From: Candidatus Poribacteria bacterium
Lineage (GTDB): Bacteria > Poribacteria > WGA-4E > PCPOR2b
Direction of reading: 5' to 3'
Assembly: GCA_022822785.1 (NCBI GenBank)
Contig: JAJEAL010000080.1
Location: 448 to 64,447 of the forward strand
Length of the DNA: 64,000 nt
Shown here one piece after another: positions 48,039-56,973 of this stretch. Made by a program: the position numbers and the translations under genes. Position 1 is the stretch's first letter, and every line of letters begins with the position of its first letter. The notes beneath the pieces are model-generated. The model saw only the letters and a list, made by a program, of their open reading frames with translations, was not told the DNA's origin and did no database searches.

Positions 48039-49241
48039 TTAGGCGTTATCCCAACTAACGATAAAATCTGCGACCTCAAAATCCACGGGCATGTTGTCAG
48101 AATCGTATGGCGATATGCTCCGTTGAAAACCGGGGTGGTCTTCCGTATCAGAAGTCTTCAGCTTCTTATCAAGTGCACCAAACCGATTCCACAGTCCCTC
48201 TGTTTGTTCAGGAGTGAAGCGAGTTCCGAGGTAGAGGATGTCTCGACCATTCCCCCACAGGGAATTGGGTGAGGTATCCGTGTGTTTGAGCCGATACAAC
48301 GCTCTACTCAATTTTGATAGCATGACGATGCTGACCATCCGGCCGTGTGGTGATGGGTGAAGTTGCTCTAGCCCTGCGTGAAATGCGTCAACGTCTTTGT
48401 TTACGATCGCATGAAAGATCTTTGCAACCAGATCCAGTTCTGTGAAGAAGAGTGTATCCCACGTCTCAAACTGTGTTCTTGCGGGATCTGAAAGATAGTG
48501 ATAGAACCCAGGCTCCCAGTGGCGCCAATGAACGTTGGGGAAAGAGGGGAAGCGAAAAGGACGGTAGCCGGGATGCAGTGTGCGCCGCATCTTGCTGCTG
48601 TAGTAACTTCCCCAGTGTAGCAGAAGGTGGGTGTACACGACTCCGTCGCCGGCGTTAAGTTCGACAGGCATGCCGCCGGGCAGGGGCACTGATGCGTTCT
48701 CACTCAACTGTTGGTTTTCCTCGTTGGTGTTAACGCGCCGGTGACTGCCGGGAACAATCCAAAATACACTGTCGTCGTAGAGGGCGATGTTCCATTGTAG
48801 ATAACTGGGGCCATGGTGCTGCATATTGGAAATCATGCCGCGCAGCGGGGCGGGTTCTCCGGGGCCAATATCTCGGTGCCACGTGGCTGGTCCGGTTTCC
48901 CCGGCGGTCGCGCTGCAGATACAGGCAAGATTGTGTGGAACGACATCTTCTGTATCCATTAGTTGCTGGGCAACCCCCAAGGTATTCTCGTGGAGCAGAA
49001 ACTCAATGGCGTTGGCAGACTCACGATCGCAATCTGCGGCGAATGCCAATCGTGGTTGGCCACTTGCCGCCCATTCGCCCCCCGGCGGCTGATCGGGCGT
49101 ACGCCGCTGCTCGGACAGTTCTTTTTTCCGATTGACCATGTGTTCAATGCTGTTGCGCAGGGGTTGGAGCTGGTCAGGCGGGACCACATTGTGCAAGATA
49201 TTGTAGCCCTCGTCCATAAGCTGTTGCCGGTCGACTTGCAT
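48039..49241 (-). CDS. long PhyH-like dioxygenase paralog (about 400 aa) with a C-terminal extension
   Basis: LMDEGYNILHNVV ... ATWHRDIGP ... WIVPGSHRRVNTNEENQQL ... HWGSYYSSKMRRT. Clear paralog of 56974..58212, including the C-terminal roughly 130 aa. Confidence 0.7.
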   Translation of the reverse strand: MQVDRQQLMDEGYNILHNVVPPDQLQPLRNSIEHMVNRKKELSEQRRTPDQPPGGEWAASGQPRLAFAADCDRESANAIEFLLHENTLGVAQQLMDTEDVVPHNLACICSATAGETGPATWHRDIGPGEPAPLRGMISNMQHHGPSYLQWNIALYDDSVFWIVPGSHRRVNTNEENQQLSENASVPLPGGMPVELNAGDGVVYTHLLLHWGSYYSSKMRRTLHPGYRPFRFPSFPNVHWRHWEPGFYHYLSDPARTQFETWDTLFFTELDLVAKIFHAIVNKDVDAFHAGLEQLHPSPHGRMVSIVMLSKLSRALYRLKHTDTSPNSLWGNGRDILYLGTRFTPEQTEGLWNRFGALDKKLKTSDTEDHPGFQRSISPYDSDNMPVDFEVADFIVSWDNA

Positions 49242-49354
49242 GATAATACCTCATCGGAAGTGTTGAATTGGGTAAGACGGATTCAAAGATTTATGGTGAA
49301 TTAGCTAAATAAGTAGACATTTACCAACAACTCCGATCTTCGAGAAGTTGCCAA

Positions 49355-49445
49355 AGTCCCCCTGAACCCCCTTATCAGGGCGCTTCCCTTGTCAGGTGCT
49401 TGCATCCCGATTTATCGGGGGAGTTGGGGGATTTAGGGGGTTGGT
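49355..49445. repeat. C5 runs followed by G5 runs, plus a small palindrome, in an intergenic region
   Basis: ccccc at 49358-62 and 49367-71, the palindrome cccga-ttta-tcggg at 49406-49419, then GGGGG-AGTT-GGGGG-ATTTA-GGGGG-TT-GG at 49417-49444. Confidence 0.4.
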
Positions 49446-49544
49446 TGTGCATTAGGAGTGTCAAAGTAATTCTAAAATCCACCATAATAGGAGATTATAT
49501 TTATGCGGTCTACATTTGTCAACAGTCTCAGGGAGAGAAATAGG

Positions 49545-50432
49545 TTATTGGTTCAGCTGTGCTTCTGCCCACGCTTGGAGTGGAATATCAGCCGCCTCTG
49601 GTCGCCAATGTCTGGACACCGGATGTACGTGAGCGTCATCTCCTAGGTAATTGCCTTTACCTGTGCCTAATTCTCCGATCAGCTGCCGCTGAATCGGTGT
49701 GCAGCGGGCAATCAGGTCGGGGGCTTGGTGGAGATAATCGGCGGGTCGAATCCAACGATAGTGATAACCGTAATACAAACACTTCCGGGCGTGGTTTGAC
49801 AGATTTGGGGTGAGGCAGTGCCAGAGCGCAGTGCGCCAGAGCATCGCTGTGCCCGGGCGGACGTTCACCTCTACAATCCGGTCGGGATCAATCTCGTAGC
49901 CATCCTGATGTATCAGTGCCGGTGACATCTTATGGCTGCCCCGGACAACACAGATTGCGCCGCTGTTATGCTGCGTCAAATCCGTCAAATAGTAGCCAAC
50001 TTTTACCTCCACAAACGGCACCCGTCCGTTGGTAATAGGATACCCAAAATTCGGTGCGTCCGAATGCCAAGGGAAGAAACTATCCTTTGACCCTAACTTC
50101 TGATTTGCGTATTCGGGCGGACACGGTGGACGCACATCGAGGTGTGATGTGCGGATCTGGATATTGACACCGAGGACATCTACCACGAGCGGCAGCAATG
50201 TTGGGTGGTCGATGAGACGCAGCAATTCGTCATGGTGAGCGAGAGCGTTCCGAATCTGGAACGGTTCGTCCGGTCCAATCTCTTTCTCACTTCGATAGTG
50301 AGCATCTAACTCATCTACCGCTTCAATCAATGTTTCAATCTCTGTGGGACTTAGTGCATCCTCAATTAGAATATACCCATCTTCATCGAATTGCCTGCTT
50401 TGTTCTTCAGTGATAGCAATGGATTTTTCCAT
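49545..50432 (-). CDS. PhyH-family Fe(II)/2OG dioxygenase
   Basis: FDEDGYILIEDAL ... PWHSDAPN ... VVRGSHK. The start is chosen at MEKSIAIT; the ORF track runs to 50522. Confidence 0.7.
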   Translation of the reverse strand: MEKSIAITEEQSRQFDEDGYILIEDALSPTEIETLIEAVDELDAHYRSEKEIGPDEPFQIRNALAHHDELLRLIDHPTLLPLVVDVLGVNIQIRTSHLDVRPPCPPEYANQKLGSKDSFFPWHSDAPNFGYPITNGRVPFVEVKVGYYLTDLTQHNSGAICVVRGSHKMSPALIHQDGYEIDPDRIVEVNVRPGTAMLWRTALWHCLTPNLSNHARKCLYYGYHYRWIRPADYLHQAPDLIARCTPIQRQLIGELGTGKGNYLGDDAHVHPVSRHWRPEAADIPLQAWAEAQLNQ

Positions 50433-50454
50433 CAAAATATCCTCCGGGACGTTG

Positions 50455-51213
50455 TTAACGGTAATCTTCTGCTGCGTCCTGTGGCTCAAAACCAACCACC
50501 TCACGCGCATGTGAAAAGTCACGATAACTCCATCTGTTATTCGACACCGCGAAGAAGATATCGAACTTTACACTATCGGGTGCTTCGACGCACTTTTCGA
50601 CCATCTGTGCGATGTCTCGATGGCTGCACCAGACGGAGAACGTACGTGACTGTGTCGGACGGTTTTCGCGGGTCACTGCGCCGATACGGAGACTGATTAT
50701 TGAGATGTCACAGGTATCCGTAAAATATCTGGCTAACGCCTCACCGAACACCTTGGTGCACCCGTAGAGCCCGTCTGGTCGTGTCAGCGAATTATGGTCT
50801 AGCATATCCCACGTTTCAGGCACTTCATCGTAACGTCCTTCTGCAAGTGCGTTATAGGGAAATTCCCGTTCGCAATTACTGATGGTTGAGCCGCTGCTGG
50901 CGTAGATTACTCGCTTAACACCCGCCTGTCGTGACGCTTCAAACACATTATAGGTCCCAATGATGTTAGGGCTCAAGAGATCTTCCCACGTTGCGCCGCC
51001 TTGTGCGTTTGCTGCAAGATGCACAACCACATCCACCCCCTCAAAGGCAGGTTGTATCGCATTGAGGTCGGCGATATCCGCTTGATGACATTCTATTCCT
51101 TTTACCGGGCGACGATTGAGTGCGCTCAAAGCGTATTTTCCCTCCAAACGCTCCCGCACGATGCCGCCAATCAGTCCGCTCATGCCGGTGATGAGTACTT
51201 TCTTTTGTGCCAT
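50455..51213 (-). CDS. NAD-dependent epimerase/dehydratase family protein (short Rossmann-fold)
   Basis: KKVLITGMSGLIGGIV ... HLAA ... YGCTKVFGE (the YxxxK catalytic motif). 252 aa. Confidence 0.75.
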   Translation of the reverse strand: MAQKKVLITGMSGLIGGIVRERLEGKYALSALNRRPVKGIECHQADIADLNAIQPAFEGVDVVVHLAANAQGGATWEDLLSPNIIGTYNVFEASRQAGVKRVIYASSGSTISNCEREFPYNALAEGRYDEVPETWDMLDHNSLTRPDGLYGCTKVFGEALARYFTDTCDISIISLRIGAVTRENRPTQSRTFSVWCSHRDIAQMVEKCVEAPDSVKFDIFFAVSNNRWSYRDFSHAREVVGFEPQDAAEDYR

Positions 51214-51368
51214 ATCCCTCTCCTTTTTTACGTTGGCTCATGTAAAAAGAAAGTGCAAAGCACGAATTCTTAACATGAGCGTTTACGTTTTATGTACGGT
51301 TCGCGTATTATACAACACACGCTGCAAGTTATCAATAATTCCTCCCTATTGAGGTGACCAAAATTGTC

Positions 51369-51397
51369 TTGACACGACTGCTGTTTTCCTCTATACT
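51369..51397 (+). promoter_or_regulatory. sigma70-type promoter TTGACA-17 bp-TATACT upstream of the ThuA-like gene
   Basis: ttgaca at 51369-51374, an exact 17-nt spacer, tatact at 51392-51397. An imperfect dyad ctgcg ... cgcag follows, then the RBS aggagg 9 nt before the TTG start at 51481. Confidence 0.5.
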
Positions 51398-51480
51398 GAC
51401 GACAGGTTTAGTATCGCTGCGTCTTACAGATAAGCGCAGGAGCGTAACGACAAACATAAAGCATAGAGGAGGCATCCACA

Positions 51481-52125
51481 TTGAAAGTTTTAGTCTTATC
51501 GGGCCCAAATCATCGGTTTGAAGATAGTGCGGCTGTTATCAACGATTTCCTCTCCGCGCGAGGCGATATGTCCGTCGAGCTTACTGACGATAAAGGGGTA
51601 TTGGCGTCGTCTCAACTGAACGAGTTTGATGTCTGTGTGTTCGGAACCGGGTTCACCCGTACGGTTAGGCAAGCCGACGGTGCCCCCAAGCGGGAGCCGG
51701 ACCTCACATCTGATCAGGAAGACGGTCTCTTTCAATTTGTCGGTGGAGGGAAGGGATTGGTCGGGATTCACGGAACTGCATGGTGGATCGGTGGACGTGC
51801 TGTTGACCTCATCGGCGGAGCCGCCAACTGGCATCCACCGGGTGATACGTTCACAGTGAATATTGACGACTCAGATCACCCGATTACACAGGGCGTTGAG
51901 GCCTTTGAGGTCGAGGACGAAATCTATATGTCCGCTTATGATCCTTATATCCGCATCCTGGCGTCCGCGGAATGGTCGGAGAAACAACACCCGATGGCGT
52001 GGGTGAAATCCTATGGCGATGGGCGGGTTTTCTACACATCGCTTGGTCACGGTCCCGGCACCTTTGAGCGACCTGCTATGCAGAAAATGCTTGCACAGGG
52101 CGTCCAATGGGCGGCAAACAGTTAA
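51481..52125 (+). CDS. ThuA-like protein (class-I glutamine-amidotransferase-like fold)
   Basis: KVLVLSGPNHRFE ... GKGLVGIHGTAWWIGG ... GRVFYTSLGHGPGTF. 214 aa, TTG start. Confidence 0.65.
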   Translation: MKVLVLSGPNHRFEDSAAVINDFLSARGDMSVELTDDKGVLASSQLNEFDVCVFGTGFTRTVRQADGAPKREPDLTSDQEDGLFQFVGGGKGLVGIHGTAWWIGGRAVDLIGGAANWHPPGDTFTVNIDDSDHPITQGVEAFEVEDEIYMSAYDPYIRILASAEWSEKQHPMAWVKSYGDGRVFYTSLGHGPGTFERPAMQKMLAQGVQWAANS

Positions 52126-52211
52126 GTCTCAAGTGGAGTTGAGCAGGCTGCTTTGGTGGTATCCTGCTCAATCTCTTTAACGCCGTGAATAGAAGGGGAG
52201 GTTAGCATACG

Positions 52212-53003
52212 ATGATCGAAGACGAACGCTATCTATTTGACCTGACAGGCTACCTCGTAATTAAGGAGGTACTCGCCGCTGAGGAGGTTGAGCGTTGTAA
52301 TGCAGCAATCGATCGCCATTTTGATCAAGCGAAAGAGATAGACAGGTCGCTAGCGGGTAATTCAAAAACGTTGTCAGGAACTTCTCGCCGGATAGATTTA
52401 GGTGGGATGCTAGCGTGGGAACGCCCATGGTGCGAACCGTTTCGGCATTTTCTTGTCCATCCGCGAATAAAGCCCTACCTCGACGGGATATTAGGAGAAG
52501 GCTATCGACTCGATCACGGACCGGGGATGATTGCGATGGACACAGGGGCAGAAGGCGGCACATTGCACGGCGGGGGCATTGAGCGTCCTAACTTTTCGGA
52601 AGCCTATTTCTTCAAGGATGGACGTATCTACACCGGGCTCACGGTCGTCGAATATATGCTCGCGGACGAAGGCCCGGGAGATGGTGGATTAGCGGTTATT
52701 CCGGGCAGCCATAAGGCGAACCTCCCTTGTCCGCAAAGTATGAAGCTATGGGAGAAATATCAGCAGCATGTGCTTGAAATCAATGCAGAGGCCGGCGATG
52801 CCGTTATCTTCAGTGAGACCCTGACGCACGGCACTTTGCCATGGAGGGCGAAGCATCAGCGGCGTGCGTTGCTCTATAAATTTAGTCCCGGATTTCAGGC
52901 ATACAGTGCAGGAGCGCATCAAATCACCTATCCTGACTATATTGAGGATATGACGCCGGCGCAGCGTGCAGTCATGGAGGCACCGCACATCCGTCGCCGA
53001 TAG
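52212..53003 (+). CDS. PhyH-family paralog in which the expected HxD/E position reads H-G-G
   Basis: YLFDLTGYLVIKEVL ... GTLHGGGIERPNF ... LTVVEYMLADEGPGDGGLAVIPGSHKAN ... SETLTHGTLPWRAKHQRR. 263 aa. Confidence 0.65.
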   Translation: MIEDERYLFDLTGYLVIKEVLAAEEVERCNAAIDRHFDQAKEIDRSLAGNSKTLSGTSRRIDLGGMLAWERPWCEPFRHFLVHPRIKPYLDGILGEGYRLDHGPGMIAMDTGAEGGTLHGGGIERPNFSEAYFFKDGRIYTGLTVVEYMLADEGPGDGGLAVIPGSHKANLPCPQSMKLWEKYQQHVLEINAEAGDAVIFSETLTHGTLPWRAKHQRRALLYKFSPGFQAYSAGAHQITYPDYIEDMTPAQRAVMEAPHIRRR

Positions 53004-53042
53004 TATCTAGTTGTTTACTTCAAGAGAAAGAGATGAACACCC

Positions 53043-54374
53043 ATGAGCAACGTTCCGATGACACGCCCTGAAGAGGCATTGGCGATTCACGAGACGAGAT
53101 ACTTCCACTCGTCTACCTTTACGGAACTGGAAGATGGACGTGTGTTACACGCCGCTGGAACGCAGTTCAATACATCTGACGATGGCGGAATCACATGGTC
53201 AGAGTCGTTCTCGTGTTCTGACACAGAAGGGAATCCGGTGGGTGGCGGCGGAACATCGCTCGTGCGGTTGTCCGGCAGCGGTATTGGCTTGGCAGCCATG
53301 CAAAGACCGTCGGACGATTCTCCAGAGAACGATAGGTGGAACGCGCATCTGGTTTTCTGGCGGTCTGAAGATGGCGGAGAGACGTGGGAACCTCCGGTTC
53401 GCATAACGCCGCCGGGGGTGGGCACCTACGCCTATCAAGATGTCCTGCTTCGCACTGCTTCTGGGCGCATTGTCCTACCGGTGTATATCGCGATAGGGCA
53501 GTCCGCTGGACCGGATGACGTCAAACCGCCAGCATCTGGTAAATTGGTGAATGGTCAGTGGGCCTCCACCGCTGCACACTTCTTTGACCCTCGTTTTTCC
53601 GCTTCTTATGTCTGTTATTCGGACGACGATGGGCGCACGTGGCAGCGCAATCGGGATGGGGAACTGATCATCTTGATGGACTGGAACGCATCGTTCAGCT
53701 ATACCAATGAACCAACGGTCACAGAAGTGAGTCCGGGACGGCTGCTGATGTTCATGCGCAATGGGTTAGGACGAATCTTTCAGGCGTGGTCGGCGGACAA
53801 TGGGGAGACATGGACGCGTCCACAGCCGACTTCTCTCGCTTCGTCCACGGCGCCTGCACAGATTCGGACGCTGCCTAACGGCCATCTCTTGGCGGTCTGG
53901 AATCAGGAGACCGAGGACGAAATTAAACGGGGCTATAACCGGACGCGCGTCTCCGCTGCGATTAGTCGAAATGGTGGCAGCGTGTGGGAGTTCTTCCAAA
54001 ATGTGGAATCGATGCACGAGGAGACGCGGGTCGAGCCGGGACCGATTCGTCCTGTCCGGCCAGCGGAATACAACTTTGATCCGGGACTTCCTGCTCCAGA
54101 GCGTGAGCGTGAACATATCCTCCCCTTCGATTTTCATGGACGGTGGTCGTACCCGTCGGTATTCGTGATGGCAGACCGCGTCCTCATCGCGCATACCTAT
54201 TCGGTCTATGAGGAACACCCGACCCGCGCTGAGTTAATTCTGAGCAGTCAGAAGGAGGGCGGTTTCAATCAGAAGCTGAAGGTGCTGCCTTTGACGTGGT
54301 TCTACGGTGGGAAAGAGCCTGCGGATAACCCTGTGCTGGCGCGAATATACGATCAGGGAAACCCTAATGCGTGA
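53043..54374 (+). CDS. BNR/Asp-box repeat protein (sialidase/neuraminidase-like six-bladed propeller), no signal peptide
   Basis: Asp-box motifs SDDGGITWS, SEDGGETWE, SDDDGRTWQ, SADNGETWT, SRNGGSVWE. 443 aa. Confidence 0.75.
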   Translation: MSNVPMTRPEEALAIHETRYFHSSTFTELEDGRVLHAAGTQFNTSDDGGITWSESFSCSDTEGNPVGGGGTSLVRLSGSGIGLAAMQRPSDDSPENDRWNAHLVFWRSEDGGETWEPPVRITPPGVGTYAYQDVLLRTASGRIVLPVYIAIGQSAGPDDVKPPASGKLVNGQWASTAAHFFDPRFSASYVCYSDDDGRTWQRNRDGELIILMDWNASFSYTNEPTVTEVSPGRLLMFMRNGLGRIFQAWSADNGETWTRPQPTSLASSTAPAQIRTLPNGHLLAVWNQETEDEIKRGYNRTRVSAAISRNGGSVWEFFQNVESMHEETRVEPGPIRPVRPAEYNFDPGLPAPEREREHILPFDFHGRWSYPSVFVMADRVLIAHTYSVYEEHPTRAELILSSQKEGGFNQKLKVLPLTWFYGGKEPADNPVLARIYDQGNPNA

Positions 54375-54421
54375 AAAGTGAAGCGTTAAAGATCAGAACT
54401 TGATCGCTGTAGAGGAGACAA

Positions 54422-55426
54422 TTGATGTTAAAATTTGCTTATTTGGGGGCATGGCACAGCCACGCGAGTATGCACACCCGCGAGTCAACAGAGCGTCCGG
54501 ACGAGTTCAAACCCATCGGATTCTATGACCCGGATCCAGAGGTTGTTGCGCGGAGAGAGGGGGAGTGGTCCGAATCCTTTCCTGACCTGACCGTTTTTCC
54601 GTCGGTGGAAGCGGTGTTGGACAGCGATGTTCAAGCTGTCATCGTCGAAGGGCATGTGTATCAGAACTTGGACTATGCAGAGCAGGCACTCGAAGCGGGT
54701 AAACATGTGTTGCTCGAAAAACCGGCAGGCGTTAATATAGAGCAGTTACAGCGGGTTCACGAACTCTCGGAACGCAAGGGGCTATGCGTTCAGATGGCGT
54801 ATATGTGGCGTTACAATCCCGCAATCCACGAAATGCTGCGACTTGCAAAATTGGGTGCGTTTGGCGATATTTTCTACTACCGCGGACACATCCCGAAGCC
54901 GATGTCGTGGCATCCACAGTTGGCGCAGGAGTACAAGGTGTATCACGGCGGGATTTACTTCGAGATGGCGGGACATCTGATTGATCTGATGGTTATCCTG
55001 ATGGGAGAGCCAACGGGAGTGCAGCCCTCCTTGGGACGGCACTACGACAGCCGGTCGGAGGTGGATAATGCGGTGGTCGTCCATGAATTTGAGAATGGAC
55101 TTGGTACGATTGACACCGCCGGGATGCACATCGAGAGCGGCAAAACCCGGCGTATCGAGGTCTACGGCACAAAGGGCACCGCTATCCATACGCCAATCGG
55201 TTCGGATAATCTCAGCCTGTTTCTGGGGGAATCTGTTGAAGGCTACGCAGCGAGCTCGCACGATGTAACCATCACTCGGTCGGCAGCCTCTGGATCACTG
55301 TTGCGTGAGCTTGCCTCTTGCATTCGTGGGGAAAAACAGCCAGATTACACGCTGGCACACGATAGGGCTGTGCAACGGACACTGTTCGCCGGTTGTGGCA
55401 TAACGGACGGTATGGCATTGAGATAA
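54422..55426 (+). CDS. Gfo/Idh/MocA family oxidoreductase
   Basis: KFAYLGAWHSHA ... LLEKPAG ... C-terminal alpha/beta domain. 334 aa. Confidence 0.65.
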   Translation: MMLKFAYLGAWHSHASMHTRESTERPDEFKPIGFYDPDPEVVARREGEWSESFPDLTVFPSVEAVLDSDVQAVIVEGHVYQNLDYAEQALEAGKHVLLEKPAGVNIEQLQRVHELSERKGLCVQMAYMWRYNPAIHEMLRLAKLGAFGDIFYYRGHIPKPMSWHPQLAQEYKVYHGGIYFEMAGHLIDLMVILMGEPTGVQPSLGRHYDSRSEVDNAVVVHEFENGLGTIDTAGMHIESGKTRRIEVYGTKGTAIHTPIGSDNLSLFLGESVEGYAASSHDVTITRSAASGSLLRELASCIRGEKQPDYTLAHDRAVQRTLFAGCGITDGMALR

Positions 55427-55489
55427 GCGAAAGTTTTCGGCCAACCTTCCCTCTAACCGAACGAGTCTCGTTTGTCCGGGAAAATTTCT

Positions 55490-56221
55490 ATGAAAAATAG
55501 TGAGAAAACAGATACCCTTGAAATCAAGGCGTTGACATTTGATGTATTCGGCACAGTTGTGGACTGGCGCGGTAGCATTATCCGCGAAGGGGAAGCCTTT
55601 GGGGCAACTCACGGAATTGATGTCGATTGGGCAGAGTTTGCGGATAAGTGGCGGGGAGGATACGGACCCTCAATGAATCGCGTCCGTCAGGGTGAACTGC
55701 CGTGGCTGAACATAGATACCCTGCACCGTATGATCTTGGACGATTTACTTGATGAGTTCGAGATTACAGGTTTGGGTGAGGAAGAGAAAGACCACCTCAA
55801 CCGTGTGTGGCATCGTCTCCTCCCATGGCCCGACGCCGTCAGCGGACTGCAGCGATTGCGCGAGCGGTTTATTATTGCACCCCTTTCTAATGGTAATATC
55901 GCCTTGCTCACCAATATGGCGAAACACGCCGGGCTACCGTGGGACTGCATTCTGTCCTCAGAGTTGGCGAGGCATTACAAACCGGATCCGGAGGTCTACC
56001 AAACCGCCGCGGACTTATTGGGCCTTCCGCCGAATCAAGTGATGATGGTCGCGGCACACCCCGGTGATTTGATCGCGTCGTCGGCTGTTGGATTCAAGAC
56101 CGGATTCGTGCCCCGCCCTGAAGAATACGGGCCGCACCGCAACCGAGATCTGGAACACGATGCCGCTTTCGATGTCATAGCGAAAGACTTTAATGATCTG
56201 GCAAGTCAGCTAGGAGCATAG
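55490..56221 (+). CDS. HAD-superfamily hydrolase of the haloacid dehalogenase type II subfamily (dehalogenase activity not supported)
   Basis: ALTFDVFGTVVDW (single nucleophile Asp), LSNG motif, HYKPDPEVY, AAHPGDL. The corresponding stretch in L-DEX is SSNAWD; here the two Ser and the Asn are not conserved. The start is chosen at MKNSEK. Confidence 0.6.
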   Translation: MKNSEKTDTLEIKALTFDVFGTVVDWRGSIIREGEAFGATHGIDVDWAEFADKWRGGYGPSMNRVRQGELPWLNIDTLHRMILDDLLDEFEITGLGEEEKDHLNRVWHRLLPWPDAVSGLQRLRERFIIAPLSNGNIALLTNMAKHAGLPWDCILSSELARHYKPDPEVYQTAADLLGLPPNQVMMVAAHPGDLIASSAVGFKTGFVPRPEEYGPHRNRDLEHDAAFDVIAKDFNDLASQLGA

Positions 56222-56228
56222 AACAAAG

Positions 56229-56969
56229 ATGTTTGTCGGTGTGGATGGGTGCAGGGCGGGTTGGTTGGCTATCGGACTGGAAGCCACGGGTAACTGGCAG
56301 GTAGATATTTTTTCCAATGTGTCCAGTCTTTGGGATCACCACCGGCAGGCGTCTTTGATACTGATTGATATTCCTATCGGCTTGAAAGCCGGTGGCAAGG
56401 CTGAACGTGGTTGTGACCCGCAAGCCCGGAAGTTGTTGGGGCCGAGACGTTCAAGCGTGTTTCCCGCGCCGTGCCGTGAGGCGATATATGCCTCGTCGTA
56501 TCAGGAAGCCTGCGATATCAATCAACGGTTGACAGACAAACGGTTGTCTGTTGAAAACTGGAATATTATCCCCAAAATCCGTGAGGTGGATTGCCTTCTT
56601 TCGGATGACATCTCCGCGAGATCTAGCATTAGGGAAACCCATCCGGAACTCTGTTTTTGGGGGTTGGCGGATCGGCCGATGCAATACGCCAAAAAGCGGA
56701 GTGAAGGACTGTCGGAACGGACGCAGCTCCTCTGGTCGATTTATCCGGGGACTACTGATATTATTGCCCATGCGTTATCCACTTATAGACGCAAAGATGT
56801 CGCAAGAGACGACATTCTGGATGCGCTGGCCGCTGCGGTGACGGGACTGATGGGAGGACAAAACCTCGTGTCAATTCCCCAGAAACCTGAGTTTGATGAG
56901 CGCGGCTTGCGGATGGAGATGGCGTATTGTTCGCACGCCGTAGTGGAATTATGGGATAGAACTGAATAG
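56229..56969 (+). CDS. DUF429 domain protein
   Basis: MFVGVDGCRAGWLAIGLE ... ILIDIPIGL, the characteristic DUF429 N-terminus. 246 aa. Confidence 0.6.
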   Translation: MFVGVDGCRAGWLAIGLEATGNWQVDIFSNVSSLWDHHRQASLILIDIPIGLKAGGKAERGCDPQARKLLGPRRSSVFPAPCREAIYASSYQEACDINQRLTDKRLSVENWNIIPKIREVDCLLSDDISARSSIRETHPELCFWGLADRPMQYAKKRSEGLSERTQLLWSIYPGTTDIIAHALSTYRRKDVARDDILDALAAAVTGLMGGQNLVSIPQKPEFDERGLRMEMAYCSHAVVELWDRTE

Positions 56970-56973
56970 GCTT

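Noticed and set aside
49406-49419. Hairpin cccga-ttta-tcggg as a terminator for the PhyH gene ending at 49545
   Set aside because: No U-tract follows on either strand. It is kept only as part of the C/G-run observation.
55490-56221. Naming the HAD-II protein a bona fide L-2-haloacid dehalogenase
   Set aside because: The stretch that in L-DEX carries the halide-binding Ser-Ser-Asn triad reads AAHPGD here, so only the fold and subfamily are asserted.
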